A DNA stretch of 63,368 bases, the filler included, from Octopus bimaculoides (Eukaryota): assembly GCF_001194135.2 (NCBI RefSeq). It is 7 parts of 7 records of this genome, joined end to end, with 100 filler letters (N's around TTAATTAATTAA, not from the genome) between each part and the next. Parts side by side here need not be neighbours in the genome. Positions count along the whole stretch, not along the records: positions 1 to 15,471 come from NC_068982.1; 6 more parts are not named here. One strand, 5' to 3'. The position numbers were made by a program, and so were the translations under genes. Shown here in pieces: positions 1 to 13,002 of the stretch (position 1 is its first letter; every line of letters starts with the position of its first letter). Below the pieces are notes generated by a model, which was not told where the DNA came from, did not search any database, and worked only from the letters and a program-made list of their open reading frames with translations.

Positions 1-50
<50 letters not shown>

Positions 51-109
51 CAAAACGAAAGAAAATGGAGCTCGGCATATTTCGTAGTGGAATGATTTAT
101 AATTTGAAA

Positions 110-215
110 TTGTAGCATAGAGCCATAAATTTTATGGGAGGGAGTAAGTCGATTACGTCTACTCCAGTATTTAGCTGGTATATATGTTATCGATTTCAAA
201 AGGATGAACGGCAAT
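110..215 (-). mobile_element. Degenerate tRNA-derived SINE fragment (family of 8148)
   Basis: Reverse complement resembles the cctttcatcc...gtcgat...aagtaccag...gtaatcgactta segment of the 8148 SINE. Confidence 0.5.
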
Positions 216-224
216 CATTATACA

Positions 225-720
225 ATCAACAGATAACATCCTAAACGTTAGGGATGACACCTTATTTCCCTGAATACACAAGTAATATCTTACTCTATCA
301 TAGTTCAAAGAAAATTCATTATCTTCGATGGTAATCCCACCAGAGTATTCTCTTTACAAAGCGTGAAATCTGAACACACATAGCTCATAAACGCCACACA
401 CAAGAAATATGCTCCAATGACGAACTACCTCAGCTCACAAGTATAAGAACACCATATCTAAAACAAAAACAAAATAATGCCCACAAATTGACTAAACAAC
501 AATTTGCAGAAAAGACAAATCCTGAGGGAGACAGACATCAAAAATATGCCACCCAATAATAAGATCTATTGAGTCATTGATTCACTGTTTTATTTACCTG
601 AATTCACGAGAATCACCGCAAACTAACCGAGGCTGTGTATTCCAAAATGGAGGCGAACACCTTTCTCCATGTGGGTGGCTAGAAATATTGTTAAGATACT
701 ATCCTTACATTTCCTAACTT
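225..720 (+). mobile_element. Penelope-like element RT remnant
   Basis: Broken frames give KQQFAEK and LRETDIKNMPPNNKIY*VIDSLFYLP, which resemble the PLE RT region around SFDVxSLFT. Confidence 0.5.
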
Positions 721-1030
721 AAAATCAAAGGTAGCCTTAAATCACAAATGAAGAAATTGTATCAACCAATGCGGTATTGAACACTCATCTTCATATATAT
801 ATATAAAAGAAAATTTGGAAAATGGAGATGTAGCAATAATATAATTTATTATCTGCAAAAATCCAGCATATTCTCTTAACAGCTGGAAGAGAATATGTTG
901 GATTTTTGCTGTTAATAAACACAATTTTCTAAATTTTTTTTTGAATATTTATAAACCAATATTTATATATAGACCTGTTATCTTATGCATATTACTATTC
1001 ACAAAAAATACCAGGCAATGAACAATTCTT

Positions 1031-1066
1031 TTATTATTATGATTATTATTATTATTATTATTATTA

Positions 1067-1133
<67 letters not shown>

Positions 1134-1143
1134 CATTATTATT
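1031..1143. repeat. (ATT)n microsatellite at the 3' end of a Dong-like LINE
   Basis: Directly visible trinucleotide tract. Confidence 0.95.
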
Positions 1144-1375
1144 GTTCAGTAGTTTTATTTTTATAACGTGCTTTCACTTCACTACCGAGCGCAGCTCTGT
1201 GCGCCGTGGGTATGTGCTGTGGTTTGCTGTGGTGCTCTTATGTTTACTGTATTGAAAGTGTTTTGCGTAGAATGTGTGCAGTACCCAGTAGTGCAATTTT
1301 CTGTATGTTATATATATTTGTAAGTCCTGGTGTTTTTGTTATGTATTTGTCGGAATATATTTTTTATCATACCTA
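1144..1375 (-). mobile_element. Dong/R4-clade RLE LINE, 3' end
   Basis: Near-identical to the copies at 56630 and 56867. Ends in (TAA)n and runs into an N gap. Confidence 0.85.
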
Positions 1376-2367
1376 NNNNNNNNNNNNNNNNNNNNNNNNN
1401 NNNNNNNNNNNNNNNNNNNNNNNNNNNNNNNNNNNNNNNNNNNNNNNNNNNNNNNNNNNNNNNNNNNNNNNNNNNNNNNNNNNNNNNNNNNNNNNNNNNN
1501 NNNNNNNNNNNNNNNNNNNNNNNNNNNNNNNNNNNNNNNNNNNNNNNNNNNNNNNNNNNNNNNNNNNNNNNNNNNNNNNNNNNNNNNNNNNNNNNNNNNN
1601 NNNNNNNNNNNNNNNNNNNNNNNNNNNNNNNNNNNNNNNNNNNNNNNNNNNNNNNNNNNNNNNNNNNNNNNNNNNNNNNNNNNNNNNNNNNNNNNNNNNN
1701 NNNNNNNNNNNNNNNNNNNNNNNNNNNNNNNNNNNNNNNNNNNNNNNNNNNNNNNNNNNNNNNNNNNNNNNNNNNNNNNNNNNNNNNNNNNNNNNNNNNN
1801 NNNNNNNNNNNNNNNNNNNNNNNNNNNNNNNNNNNNNNNNNNNNNNNNNNNNNNNNNNNNNNNNNNNNNNNNNNNNNNNNNNNNNNNNNNNNNNNNNNNN
1901 NNNNNNNNNNNNNNNNNNNNNNNNNNNNNNNNNNNNNNNNNNNNNNNNNNNNNNNNNNNNNNNNNNNNNNNNNNNNNNNNNNNNNNNNNNNNNNNNNNNN
2001 NNNNNNNNNNNNNNNNNNNNNNNNNNNNNNNNNNNNNNNNNNNNNNNNNNNNNNNNNNNNNNNNNNNNNNNNNNNNNNNNNNNNNNNNNNNNNNNNNNNN
2101 NNNNNNNNNNNNNNNNNNNNNNNNNNNNNNNNNNNNNNNNNNNNNNNNNNNNNNNNNNNNNNNNNNNNNNNNNNNNNNNNNNNNNNNNNNNNNNNNNNNN
2201 NNNNNNNNNNNNNNNNNNNNNNNNNNNNNNNNNNNNNNNNNNNNNNNNNNNNNNNNNNNNNNNNNNNNNNNNNNNNNNNNATATATATATATATATATAT
2301 ATACATATATTTATGTGTGTGTGTCATTCATAAAAATATGTGTGTGCATGTGTGTGTGTGAAGACAC

Positions 2368-2650
2368 ATGGATTAGTGGTTAGCGTGTTACGAGATCTTG
2401 GGTTCGACTCCAAGACTGCGTGTTGCATTGTGTTTTTGAGTAAACCACTTCATTTCAGGTTGCTTTGTGATCATTTTGTCATCTGACATGCGGTACATAG
2501 TTCACCTGTAGAGGTAATGTTGATTTGATCGAGGGAGTGAGCTTATGTTAACACAAACATTTCCTCACTATAAACAAATCTTCTGTGTGGTTGTTCGTCA
2601 ACAATTTGACGAACCTTCGTACGTCATCTAACGACGGGAGAGTCCTTATT
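2368..2650 (+). mobile_element. tRNA-derived SINE (degenerate)
   Basis: A-box-like tggattagtgg and B-box-like ggttcgactcc. Body is similar to the reverse complement of the 37391 and 51797 copies. Confidence 0.6.
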
Positions 2651-2659
2651 TATATATAC

Positions 2660-4670
2660 ACATGTATACCTCCTACGCCTTCGCTCTCGATCGCACCTCT
2701 ATCTACCTCGAACCTATAAGCCTCCCTATCTAGATCCACCCAATATAACCACACACTCTGACCTTTCTAAGAGCTGGAAGAGAAAGATCCTATCGTTTGC
2801 ACCACCATCATCCCTCCAAGTTAAATCTCTGCCTTTACTACACTTTAAAATCCTAAACTCTATCTTTCCACCACAACATAAATACAACCCAGTCTTTAAA
2901 ACATCACCACTTAAAATCTCCTACAATACTACACCTAATTTTGGATCCATAGTCACCTCCTCTAAGAGACACAAGCTACAACGCCAGTCCTTGGAACCTG
3001 CAATTTGTCACACTGCACCTCAAATTAAACTACCTTGTTATTCTCATCGATTAAATAATAACAAACTTAAGTAATCGTCCCAACATAATACTCATGTGAC
3101 CACATATACTAGCAGTTATACCCCCTCTCAAACCAATACTGATACTGATTGTATTTCCAATTCTTCTTCACGGAAAAATGACCCCTGGAAATTTACTTCC
3201 CCAGCGGTAAACTAGCCACAGAGTTAGGTTTCTCAACTCTGCCCTCTTGGAGGTCTCTGTCTGCGTAAAAACGGAGTCTACAAGTGCCGTGTTATAATAC
3301 CACGCTCCCTCCAAGCAAGGGACTATATTGGCGGCAATGTTTATTTCAAGCGCCGCTATCGTGTACTCAGGGAAATTTTCTCCAATCTAAATTCTAAATT
3401 GTCAATATCCTTAGCAACGTATGTACATACATTCAAATTTCATGATGTTCTCTATACCCCATGCTGATCCACCGTAAATGAGGCTCCCACATACAATGCG
3501 AAGATCGGTATGTTTAAGAGAATCGCTAACCGTCCTTAGCCACTGTAACCCCTCATTACGTAATAGATTGTCAGACGACATACTCTCTTGTTAACACAGG
3601 TTCTACTCATGATTTACCCATTTTACTAAATCCATGTAATCCCATAACTTTATGTATTCCTATTTTTAATTCCTCTTGAGGTACGACGAGGTCAGCCTAG
3701 CAATTTTTACGTCATTTAATACCACTCTTATTATACTGTTGTTTCTCATTGTTACATTTTCAAATTCCTGTAACCTACTACATCCCACCTTACTCATAAC
3801 ATCCCCACCCTCACAATTGGTATTTTTCCCTCATATCATTTCTCCTCTATCAACCAAAATCACTAAATATTACCTCTCTCGTTTGGATACTAACCTGTCA
3901 ACCCTCTCTATTCATTTCCTCTCTATTCAATCCCTCTTTATTCCTCCCTCTCTATTCACTTCCGTCTATTCAATCAGCACTTCCCTTCTACTATCAACTT
4001 AATTCATTATTCCACTAACCACTGATATGTTAACCACCAACTCGCCCTCACCTCTGTCCACCAACCTCTATTGTCTCCCATCCCATTCTATATACCTTAG
4101 TAATTTCCCTCTGCCACTGAACTAGACAGTTTACTTCCCTCAGATAACTGTCATTCCTTTTCTTACTATCTCAACTTCCAATATTTCTATAGTTGTTATC
4201 CCTAAATTTAAACAAATCCAACACAACTGATTGCCATTCAAATACTATCTACACTATCCACCTATTCATCTTCCTTCTCTCCATCTCTGCTAATACCTTC
4301 CTTAGTACTCTCATTATTAACCTATCACTCTTCTTGAACAATGTTTTTCCTCTCACCATTATTTGACTTAACCCCCCCTCCCCGCCAGTTTCCCACCAAT
4401 ACAGCCTTCTCTTCACATTTAATAATTCCATCTTTGAACTTCTCTGCATCAATTTAAGATCTGTAATGTAAGGTTTTTTCTACCCTGATGACGGATGTTT
4501 GTCTATTCCAATGTTAACTGAATCCAACCGGCCGTATATTGTGGGAAACTAAATCACCGAGCCCCCCACCCCTACAACAGCTGTTGGATATATAACACTT
4601 TTATTTCACCACTCTAGTTTTCTCTACTTGTTGTACTCTGCGTAAGTTGGACCTATTATTATAATATCGA
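2660..4670 (+). mobile_element. Penelope-like element: linker, GIY-YIG endonuclease remnant and 3' region
   Basis: KISYNTTPNFGSIV, then from 3240 CPLGGLCLRKNGVYKCRV...RDYIGGNVYFKRRY (GVY...YIG plus the conserved Arg). A degenerate hammerhead lies near 4485. Confidence 0.75.
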
Positions 4671-4821
4671 TATATTTATACATAAAAATTGATCACGTGA
4701 ACGCTTCTACCATTTGCTTTCTCTTGCATTGCATGTGTACGTATATACATATTTTGCATCTGATGAGTTAATATATCTAATATATTTGATGTGTCTAATT
4801 TGTTTATCGGCATAATAGCCT

Positions 4822-4852
<31 letters not shown>

Positions 4853-5562
4853 CACAGAGTCATATATGTATATACATACATACACATGCGGGCACACACA
4901 CACACATGTAAAGATATGCCATTTACGATGCTTTCTTATAGATGAAAATATTTATTTGAAATATACTTTGTTTACTATGTATCATGATATTTGTATGTTG
5001 TTCAACTATGGGCATTTGAAGTGTGAATTAGATTGAGAAATGCAATTATTTCCTTAATGAATATACTTAACATTCATTGTATTATATCATTTATATTTCT
5101 TAATTTCTTGTAACATTCCAGGCATATTAAGTTGTATAACATAGTTTTCAGCAAATCGCCTCCTGAACAATAAAAGAATTGTAACGTGATTATATAAACA
5201 AATTTTTACAACATCGAAAACATAATTCATTTGGTGTAAAATATATTCTTTTATCCATGTGAATAGTGTGCGTTTATGTGTGTTTATTTACGATTATGTG
5301 CAGCTAAGTGCATGCTTTCATATTTCGATTTTCCACTTTTGCTTTCTCGTTTATCTAAGTCTTGCCAATATTTTGATGGTAATTTAATTTAAATATGAAA
5401 TGCTTTGCAGCAAAATTCATGTTTAACTTGAATAAATTGGATTTCAGATCTTGAAATATCCATTGCAATTTATTGCCCAAATCATATTGCTTCACCGGTA
5501 ATAACATATTCATATATTTAATTCCTTCAAAATTCGGCAAGAATCATTCTTTACGTTATCAG

Positions 5563-5620
5563 ACTGGTGAAATAAATAGACTGCGTAAAGAAGCCATAAA
5601 ACAGGATATTCCAAGTTCTT
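5563..5620 (+). CDS. KIF21: KIF21-like kinesin, probable coding exon (TGEINRLRKEAIKQDIPSS)
   Basis: Acceptor cattctttacgttatcAG and donor GTatgc. 58 nt, phase 0 to 1, which matches the phase needed by the exon at 17633. Peptide resembles human KIF21A TEEVTALRRQ (recalled, not aligned). Confidence 0.6.
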
Positions 5621-6767
5621 GTATGCGTATACGAGGACATCGCTCTCAGGGTTATTGAATTTACGTTTACCTGTTATCATTCCTCTATCTATATATTTTC
5701 CGTTTCCTGAATCTCTTATAACAACTTATACATGTATATTCTGAATTTGTCTAACATATAATAACATATCATATTACTGTTGATGTAGTCAGAACAATAC
5801 CTTAAAGACATAAACTAGAAGAGTACGTTGCTCTATCTGACATGATAATTAATCTCCCTAGAATTTGTAGTCATAATACTAGAAGCAGAAAAAAGTTAAC
5901 AGTCTGTTTCTTCTTTAATGAATATTTGCCATTCCTCTGAAAAATCTTTTTTTATGAAGATTCAATTTTGTATAGCTGTAAAATCATTTCTTACGAGACT
6001 CACATTTTAAGTGAGTTGGGAAAAGATTATTAAATGCTGAATACAAGTATATACAGGAGCCCAATAATGCTACGAGACAAGAATTAAGAAAAAAGTTATA
6101 TATGCCTCTTTACCATAAACTTTTACGAAAAGTATTCAATACATGTGTTAAGCTTATAGATATGATTTTGACGTTTATATTGTGTTCTTATTGTGTGCTA
6201 CTAGATGCGTAGTTTTATTATATATTAGTGTATTGAATATGAATATCTCATCATTTCCTACATTAAGGTTTCACTTCATTGAAGATGGTGGAGATTAAAG
6301 TCGGCTATCACTTACATAGACTATTGTTAGGTCATAATTGCCATGAATAAAGTGATTAATATACATTTGCAATCGAGGTTAAAAGGACAACCAAAACTAC
6401 AATTGATTATACGAACAGAAAATCAAAATCATTGTCATAATTTGTTGTATCAATGTTGGTTTGTTCACCTCGCACAACAAGGCGGTTTGGCTAATAACAG
6501 TAATACTTAATTAATACTTATAATAATTAAGTACCGAACAATTACGTTTGGTACTTAATTATTATAAGTATCAAACTTATAATTACAGGGGTCGATTTCG
6601 ACTTAATTTTTGAAGATGGTAAAACATTAGATAAGGTGGTTGGTTCTGGCGGTGGTGCTGTGTGCGTGTATAAATATATTCACAGACGTCTATAGATGTA
6701 TGCACATCTACACACGCACAAACACACACACACACACATATATGACTATATGTGCATATATGTGCAT

Positions 6768-6809
<42 letters not shown>

Positions 6810-6819
6810 NNNNNNNNNN

Positions 6820-6850
<31 letters not shown>

Positions 6851-8086
6851 GTTGATATATATATAGAAAATACCTCCGACACGCACATCTACGCGCATAA
6901 ATGCGCGTATGTATTTGTGTACACAGAGGAGAACAAAACGAGAGCAAGAGAACGTAATGTAGACCAGTAGTAAATAATATTATTAATCACAGTAACGTAA
7001 ATGATATCTACAATTCTGTCTGACATTGTACTATTTTCTGTGTGACATTAATGGAGGCTTGCTGTCGTACGTGCATATAGAAATTCGTAACCGTTGCGTT
7101 AATGATGGTTTTCTAACATGTTATATAATAGTGATTAAGTACAGGTCACGATAATCGTGATATTTGTCAAACCTTGTTATGTATAAATATAATGGTAAGT
7201 GATATATGTGTATTTTAAAATAATAGAACTATTTAATTCTATCACATTAGTCGTAGCATCATATACCATATGTGCTTGCATCGAATAATCACAATAGAAA
7301 TAAAGTTTTAAGTTAATAATATTTATTACACAACACTACATAAGTCTAATACGGAAACAGCAGTCTATTTTACTATTGTTTAGGCTCTGTGGCAAATATT
7401 ATGTTACAACATTTTCTTCTTATGCCTGGAACTTGTATTTGTATTTCCCTACAATTTGTATTTCCTCAGAATATTTTTGGTCCTTTTTACCAAACTATTC
7501 TCTGTCAAAATTTGATATTAGCTTTATATGCAAGAGATAAATACGACATTGCAGACTCATAGGAAGTGGAAGTCCATAAAAATAAAGACATACACATGGA
7601 AATTATTCCTACACTCTCCATTAGGGTACAAACATTATTCAAATTCTATATTACTGGAACTTGCTTGAGCTAAGAGATCAAATAATTATTGACATAAAGT
7701 ATCGCCTGCCCCCTCTTAATCAGAAACACCCACGTGCATATAGCAGGCACAAAAGTACACTCATTCTCACGCGCGTAGGCACACATATGCGCACACGCAC
7801 TCTTGCATTCCTTGCTTCTGTGAGTTTCGAAGACGCCACGAATGCACACTAGACACCAACATGGTACCAGCTCCCTGTGAAGCTACGCGATCCAAGAAAG
7901 TGCTCCTTTGTAATGCATCTGGTGTTATCGAATTTCTGACTTCCCTTCTAACAACATCATGTGACCCTACTTGAAAAATTGGAGCACATTCTGCAATAAG
8001 CCCGGATTCTGTTAAATTCTAACAACAGCAGCAACAATAAAAGTAGCAGTGATAACAACAACAACAACAACAACAATAATAATAAT

Positions 8087-9317
8087 CACTTACTAGATAA
8101 CTTATAAGATCACTTATTAGTTGATAAAGTGATAATTAGAAATTGTAAAGGCGGCGAGCGGGCAGAAACGTTAGCACGCCAGACGAAATGCTTAGCGCTA
8201 TTTCGTCTGCCGCTACGTTCTGAGTTCAAATTCCGCCGAGGTCGACTTAGCCTTTCATCCTTTTAGGGTCGATTAAATAAGTACCAGTTACGCACTGGGG
8301 TCGATGTAATCGGCTTAATCCCTTTGTCTGTCTTTGTTTGTCCCCTCTATGCTTAGCCCCTTGTGGGCAATAAAGAAATAAGAAATTGTAGAAACATATT
8401 GACGAGACCGAATGTAGCATGGCTAGTTTACATAAAAGCATATGAGATGGTACCAGACATTTGGATAAGCAAAAACAATGAGCATATTAGGAATAGCAAA
8501 AAAAAAAACATGGAGAAAATACTTAATAATGAAAGTATGAAATATTGGAATACTGAATTGGTTGGCGGAAAATAAAAACTCGGAAAAGTGAACACGAGAT
8601 GTGGAATATTCCAAGATGTCAGCCTATCTCCATTAATATCCGTACTGGCCATTTCACTACTCATATTATACTACAAAAATTTGAAATTGCTTACCATTTG
8701 GGAAAAGGAAATAGTCAGATAGATCATCTCCTTTTCATGGATGATAATGAGGTTTATGCCAAAAATGGAATGTCTTGTATCGAATGTCTTGTATTTACTA
8801 TCCGCATTTTTTTCAAATGACGTAGGTATAGAATTTGGGATGGAAACCTGCCCTATATTGATAATGAAAGGAGGAGGATTTGAAAGAAATTAGGGAATTG
8901 AAATGACAAATGTGCAAACAATGAGAGCGTTAAGCCCCTACATGGTAAATACTGGGCTAAACTAAATGCAAAATAGACAGAGAAAAATCCCAGCAATGGC
9001 TGAGAAGCTCAGGATTCAAAGCAGAGACTGAAGGATTTTTAATTGCTGCACAAGACCAAAGCCTCCCCACCAGAAATTACCAAAAACACATAATGAAAAG
9101 AAATATAACAAGTAACTGTAGAATATGTGGAGTTGGACAAGAAACAATAAATCATATTATCTCTGGCTGCCCAGTCCTGACTAAGAAGGAATATATTCAC
9201 AGACACGACAGAGATGGGACCTATATACACTGGAAGCTATGCCAACACTATGGAATAACAAAAGAAAAAAGATGGTATAAACACACGCCAGAAAAGGTCA
9301 CAGAAAACGAGAAAGCA
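8087..9317 (+). mobile_element. Dong/R4-clade non-LTR retrotransposon, 5'-truncated, internally deleted, interrupted by a SINE
   Basis: HLLVDK, NVAWLVYIKAYEMVPDIWI, CGIFQD, HLLFMDD (RT), then CRICGVGQETINHIISGC...RHD (CCHC knuckle). (AAC/AAT)n upstream and (AAT)n after the gap at 9589-9688. Confidence 0.9.
8148..8390 (+). mobile_element. Full-length tRNA-derived SINE nested in the LINE with a 10-bp TSD
   Basis: ggcagaaacgttagc A box and gagttcaaattcc B box. agaaattgta is duplicated at 8138-8147 and 8381-8390, and the LINE frame continues across the insertion. Confidence 0.9.
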
Positions 9318-9615
9318 ANNNNNNNNNNNNNNNNNNNNNNNNNNNNNNNNNNNNNNNNNNNNNNNNNNNNNNNNNNNNNNNNNNNNNNNNNNNNNNNNNN
9401 NNNNNNNNNNNNNNNNNNNNNNNNNNNNNNNNNNNNNNNNNNNNNNNNNNNNNNNNNNNNNNNNNNNNNNNNNNNNNNNNNNNNNNNNNNNNNNNNNNNN
9501 NNNNNNNNNNNNNNNNNNNNNNNNNNNNNNNNNNNNNNNNNNNNNNNNNNNNNNNNNNNNNNNNNNNNNNNNNNNNNNNNNNNNNNNNAATAATAATAAT
9601 AATAATAATAATAAC

Positions 9616-9675
<60 letters not shown>

Positions 9676-11589
9676 TAATAATAATAATATGTTGCGTGTT
9701 AAGACGCTTGCTTCCTGAACACATGGTCCCAATAAATTCAGCCCCACTCCCTGGCATCATGAGCAAATGTATTCGATTATAATCTCGTAGACAGAAACTG
9801 AAAAGGGCACGTCATATAAATTGTATGTGTGCACAGGCGCGCATGTGTGTGGTTACACACGTATTAGTGAAAGCTCACACACATTCATACATAGATATAT
9901 ACATATATATGCTTTTAAAACTTAAGTTCTTGAGTCGATAAATTCGATTAAACATTCTTCAAGGCTGTGCTCCTGCATGGCTGCAGTGTACTGACTGAAA
10001 CGCGTAAAAGATAAAAGGTAATATGGGAAAGATAAACAATCAACGTGTTTACTATAGAATGAAGAACTTCAACGAATGTGGTAATTTTTTTTAAATATCT
10101 TCAAACTTTTGATACATGTTCCTGATGTCATATAATTTGTATTAGGGTAATATTATCATTTAAAAATCTAGGGTTAAATATGTTAGGCACCAACTTCGTG
10201 TTTTTAGCCTTCTTTTTGCAGCAAGAATCGATTTCTCTTAAAATTTCTTCGAAAATGTACTTTTGGGAACTAATTTGAACGATTAATTAGAAAATCACAC
10301 AATTTAGGAAGTCAAAAATTTAAAAAAACTCTTCAAAATGCAATTATAATATTTTGGAATTCCAGCCAATGAGGTTCGTCGACTTTCGAATCCCCTGAAT
10401 TCGAAATTGTTCTGTTCATACAACATATGTCTTTGATTTTGGAGGTAATTTTTCTCCAACATTCTTGTGATTACTACTGATTTTGTGAAAAACTAATAAT
10501 AAATGCGTTTCACAGCATTTAAATATGAAATATATTCCATGAAACAGTCTCTTTTTTTTTCTTTTTCAGCTTTAATTTTTCAATATTTGATCGGTTATTT
10601 CTAATAATATCGTTACAGAGATTAAAAAATTTTTAAAGAACTTTAAAAGTGAAATATTTTTTTAATGGAAGAAACACCAAATGATATCACAACGACCTAA
10701 ATCTGGCGTTGCATGAGAACACTTGAAAGAGGGCGTAGAGTTCATTTCTCTTCCAATAGATCTTATATAGGTTTATATCCATCATACTGATTAGTTACAG
10801 GGTGCCATTTATTGATTCTTTAAAGTTTGTTTCTTGTGCTACCAACGGTGTTAATGAGCTGTGTCTCTGCTCAGACTTGATATATTTGACAGTCTGGTTC
10901 AATGTTCTATGCCTGTTCCACTTAACCTGTCATCTCTGTGAAGTGAGTATATGCTGGCCAAATTTCAGTATATATATTTTTATGAATTTGTTTTGCAAAA
11001 CTCTTGATATGACATCGTGAGCTGAAAAATATTGTCATACCTTAGGAATCGTTATATGTTGCCATTCAAACACACACCATACATTTAATCATCAGCTTTT
11101 TTATTATTTTTGAAGTTTCTTTGTGAAAGCTCTTTCGTCACACTATCTGTGAATCTTCAGCGATTCTCTGTCTCACACATCTCCTCTTCTTCTGCTTATT
11201 TCCTTCAGTCTTTTCAGCCCACCGTCGTAAACACACACACACAAACATACACACACACGCACACACATATACTCACACATATATATATATGTATATTACA
11301 AGTGCATAGCCTGTCTATGAAGAACACTGAATATTTTATGAATTATTTTCGCGCCTTCTTATTAATTGCATTCCTTCTTCCTTGTAAATTGGCATCTAAT
11401 TGGTCAAATAGGACTTCAAAAATAACTAATAGCGATTTTTCTTGAAATGGACAGAATCTGGCATCGTGATGTTATCAGGTACCTGAAGAAATTACTTTCA
11501 TACTGACATAAATGCCAGTTTATGGGATGACGCTCTAGATTTACTAACAGTGCAAAAGGGGCAGTTGGAATTAGAAGGGGAAGGGAAAG

Positions 11590-12050
11590 TCTTGAGGACG
11601 TCCTGAAATTGCCACTAACGAGGAAAACAGTGATCGCTTATACCATATTGTGATGGATGGACAAATGTTTGATTATAAATCAAATAGCCAAATGCTTTTG
11701 GAATGTAACGTGAGAGAGTTGCGGATATTCTGCACGAACGAAAATTTCTGGTCGGTGGCTGCCACGTTTTCAGGCACTTTTTCAAAAGCGCATCAAACTG
11801 ATCACGTGACAGGAAACTTTGACATTTTTAAAGGCAGATCCCGCTGGATTCCTTGCACGTTTCCTAACACGAGATCTGTGCTGAGTGGATCACTTTGAGC
11901 CCAAGACAAAGAAACAGTCCATGCACTGAAATCACTCCTCCATATCAGCTCCAAAGATAGGCTCTGTTCATTTGCCGGGAAGGTGATAGCATCAGGTATG
12001 GCGATGCAAATAGCTTTGTGCTTATTGACTTGTTTTAAAAATGGCCACAG
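11590..12050 (+). mobile_element. Mariner transposase relic
   Basis: FLTRDLC*VDHFEPKTKKQSMH and AGKVIAS resemble the mariner IVTGDETWVHHFEPESKRQSMEW and AGKVMAS motifs. Confidence 0.65.
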
Positions 12051-12384
12051 CATCAATACTTGCTAAGTATTTCAATACATACATGTTTATAATTTATATA
12101 TTTTCAAATACTCCAAAACTATTTATGCACTTCATAATCTGAATAGAAATATATACATCTATTTTGAAATCTAAATTATAAATTGAATTTAGTTTAATAA
12201 CCGAAACTTTACCCATCTGAGTTCCCCAAATCTACATATCATATAGATCTGCTTTGGGTGTGTGACGGTCTATGAAGACCCCTTTCACTGCACTCATGTG
12301 TCTACATCCTTCCCCTTTTCTATTGAGCCATAGGCTTTCTGTACACTCCAATGCAATATTATTTTCTTGAGCCTAATATTTGGA

Positions 12385-13002
12385 TTCCAAAACACTCTAT
12401 GAAATATGATTGGATATATACAGAATGTATTTAATAAATCAGTGACAAATGTATTTTGTAAGAAATGTATTTTGTAAGAAATGTATTTAATAAAACTGTA
12501 AGAAATGTATTTTGTCAAGATATGCCAATATTTTCTGCAGGAATTGGATCCATCCCTGTNNNNNNNNNNAGTTATCAAGTCATAGATACAGTAATATATA
12601 TAGGAATATAAGTGGGTATTTTCACATTTATACGTGTTAGTGCATATATGTGTATAGGTTTAAAGAAAACTCTGGGTGTGTCTTGTTCTGTCAAGTACCA
12701 TACCTTAGCTGTTCTTCAAGAAAAACATGTACCATCTTCCAAACAATAAAACGTATAAGAAACAAATAAAGGAAACAAAGACTTGAAATACAATATTAAT
12801 TCAAATTTATTGTGCTAGACGTTTGGTTTCCAAAACACTCTATGAAATATGATTGGATATATACAGAATGTATTTAATAAATCAGTGACAAATGTATTTT
12901 GTAAGAAATGTATTTTGTAAGAAATGTATTTAATAAAACTGTAAGAAATGTATTTTGTCAAGATATGCCAATATTTTCTGCAGGAATTGGATCCATCCCT
13001 GT
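12385..13002. repeat. 175-bp direct repeat (12385-12559 and 12828-13002) with internal tgtaagaaatgtatttt units
   Basis: Two apparently identical copies at offset 443. The first ends exactly at a 10-N gap. Confidence 0.9.

Noticed and set aside
1206-2361. Long ORFs in the track dominated by X (also near 9.2, 16.5, 31.3, 34.3, 45.2, 52.4 and 60.1 kb)
   Set aside because: They are open only because N gaps contain no stop codons.
4757-4775. CTGATGAG box (also a reverse CTGATGAC near 51040)
   Set aside because: No matching stem II or GAAA-stem III-UH downstream.
7850-8020. Possible decayed RLE-LINE C-terminus on the minus strand (LQRSTFLG)
   Set aside because: Only one short motif, too weak to call.
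10875-10942. Exon-like segment with ctcAG and GTgagt
   Set aside because: 68 nt, not phase 1-1, and the peptide has no kinesin resemblance. Likely cryptic sites.
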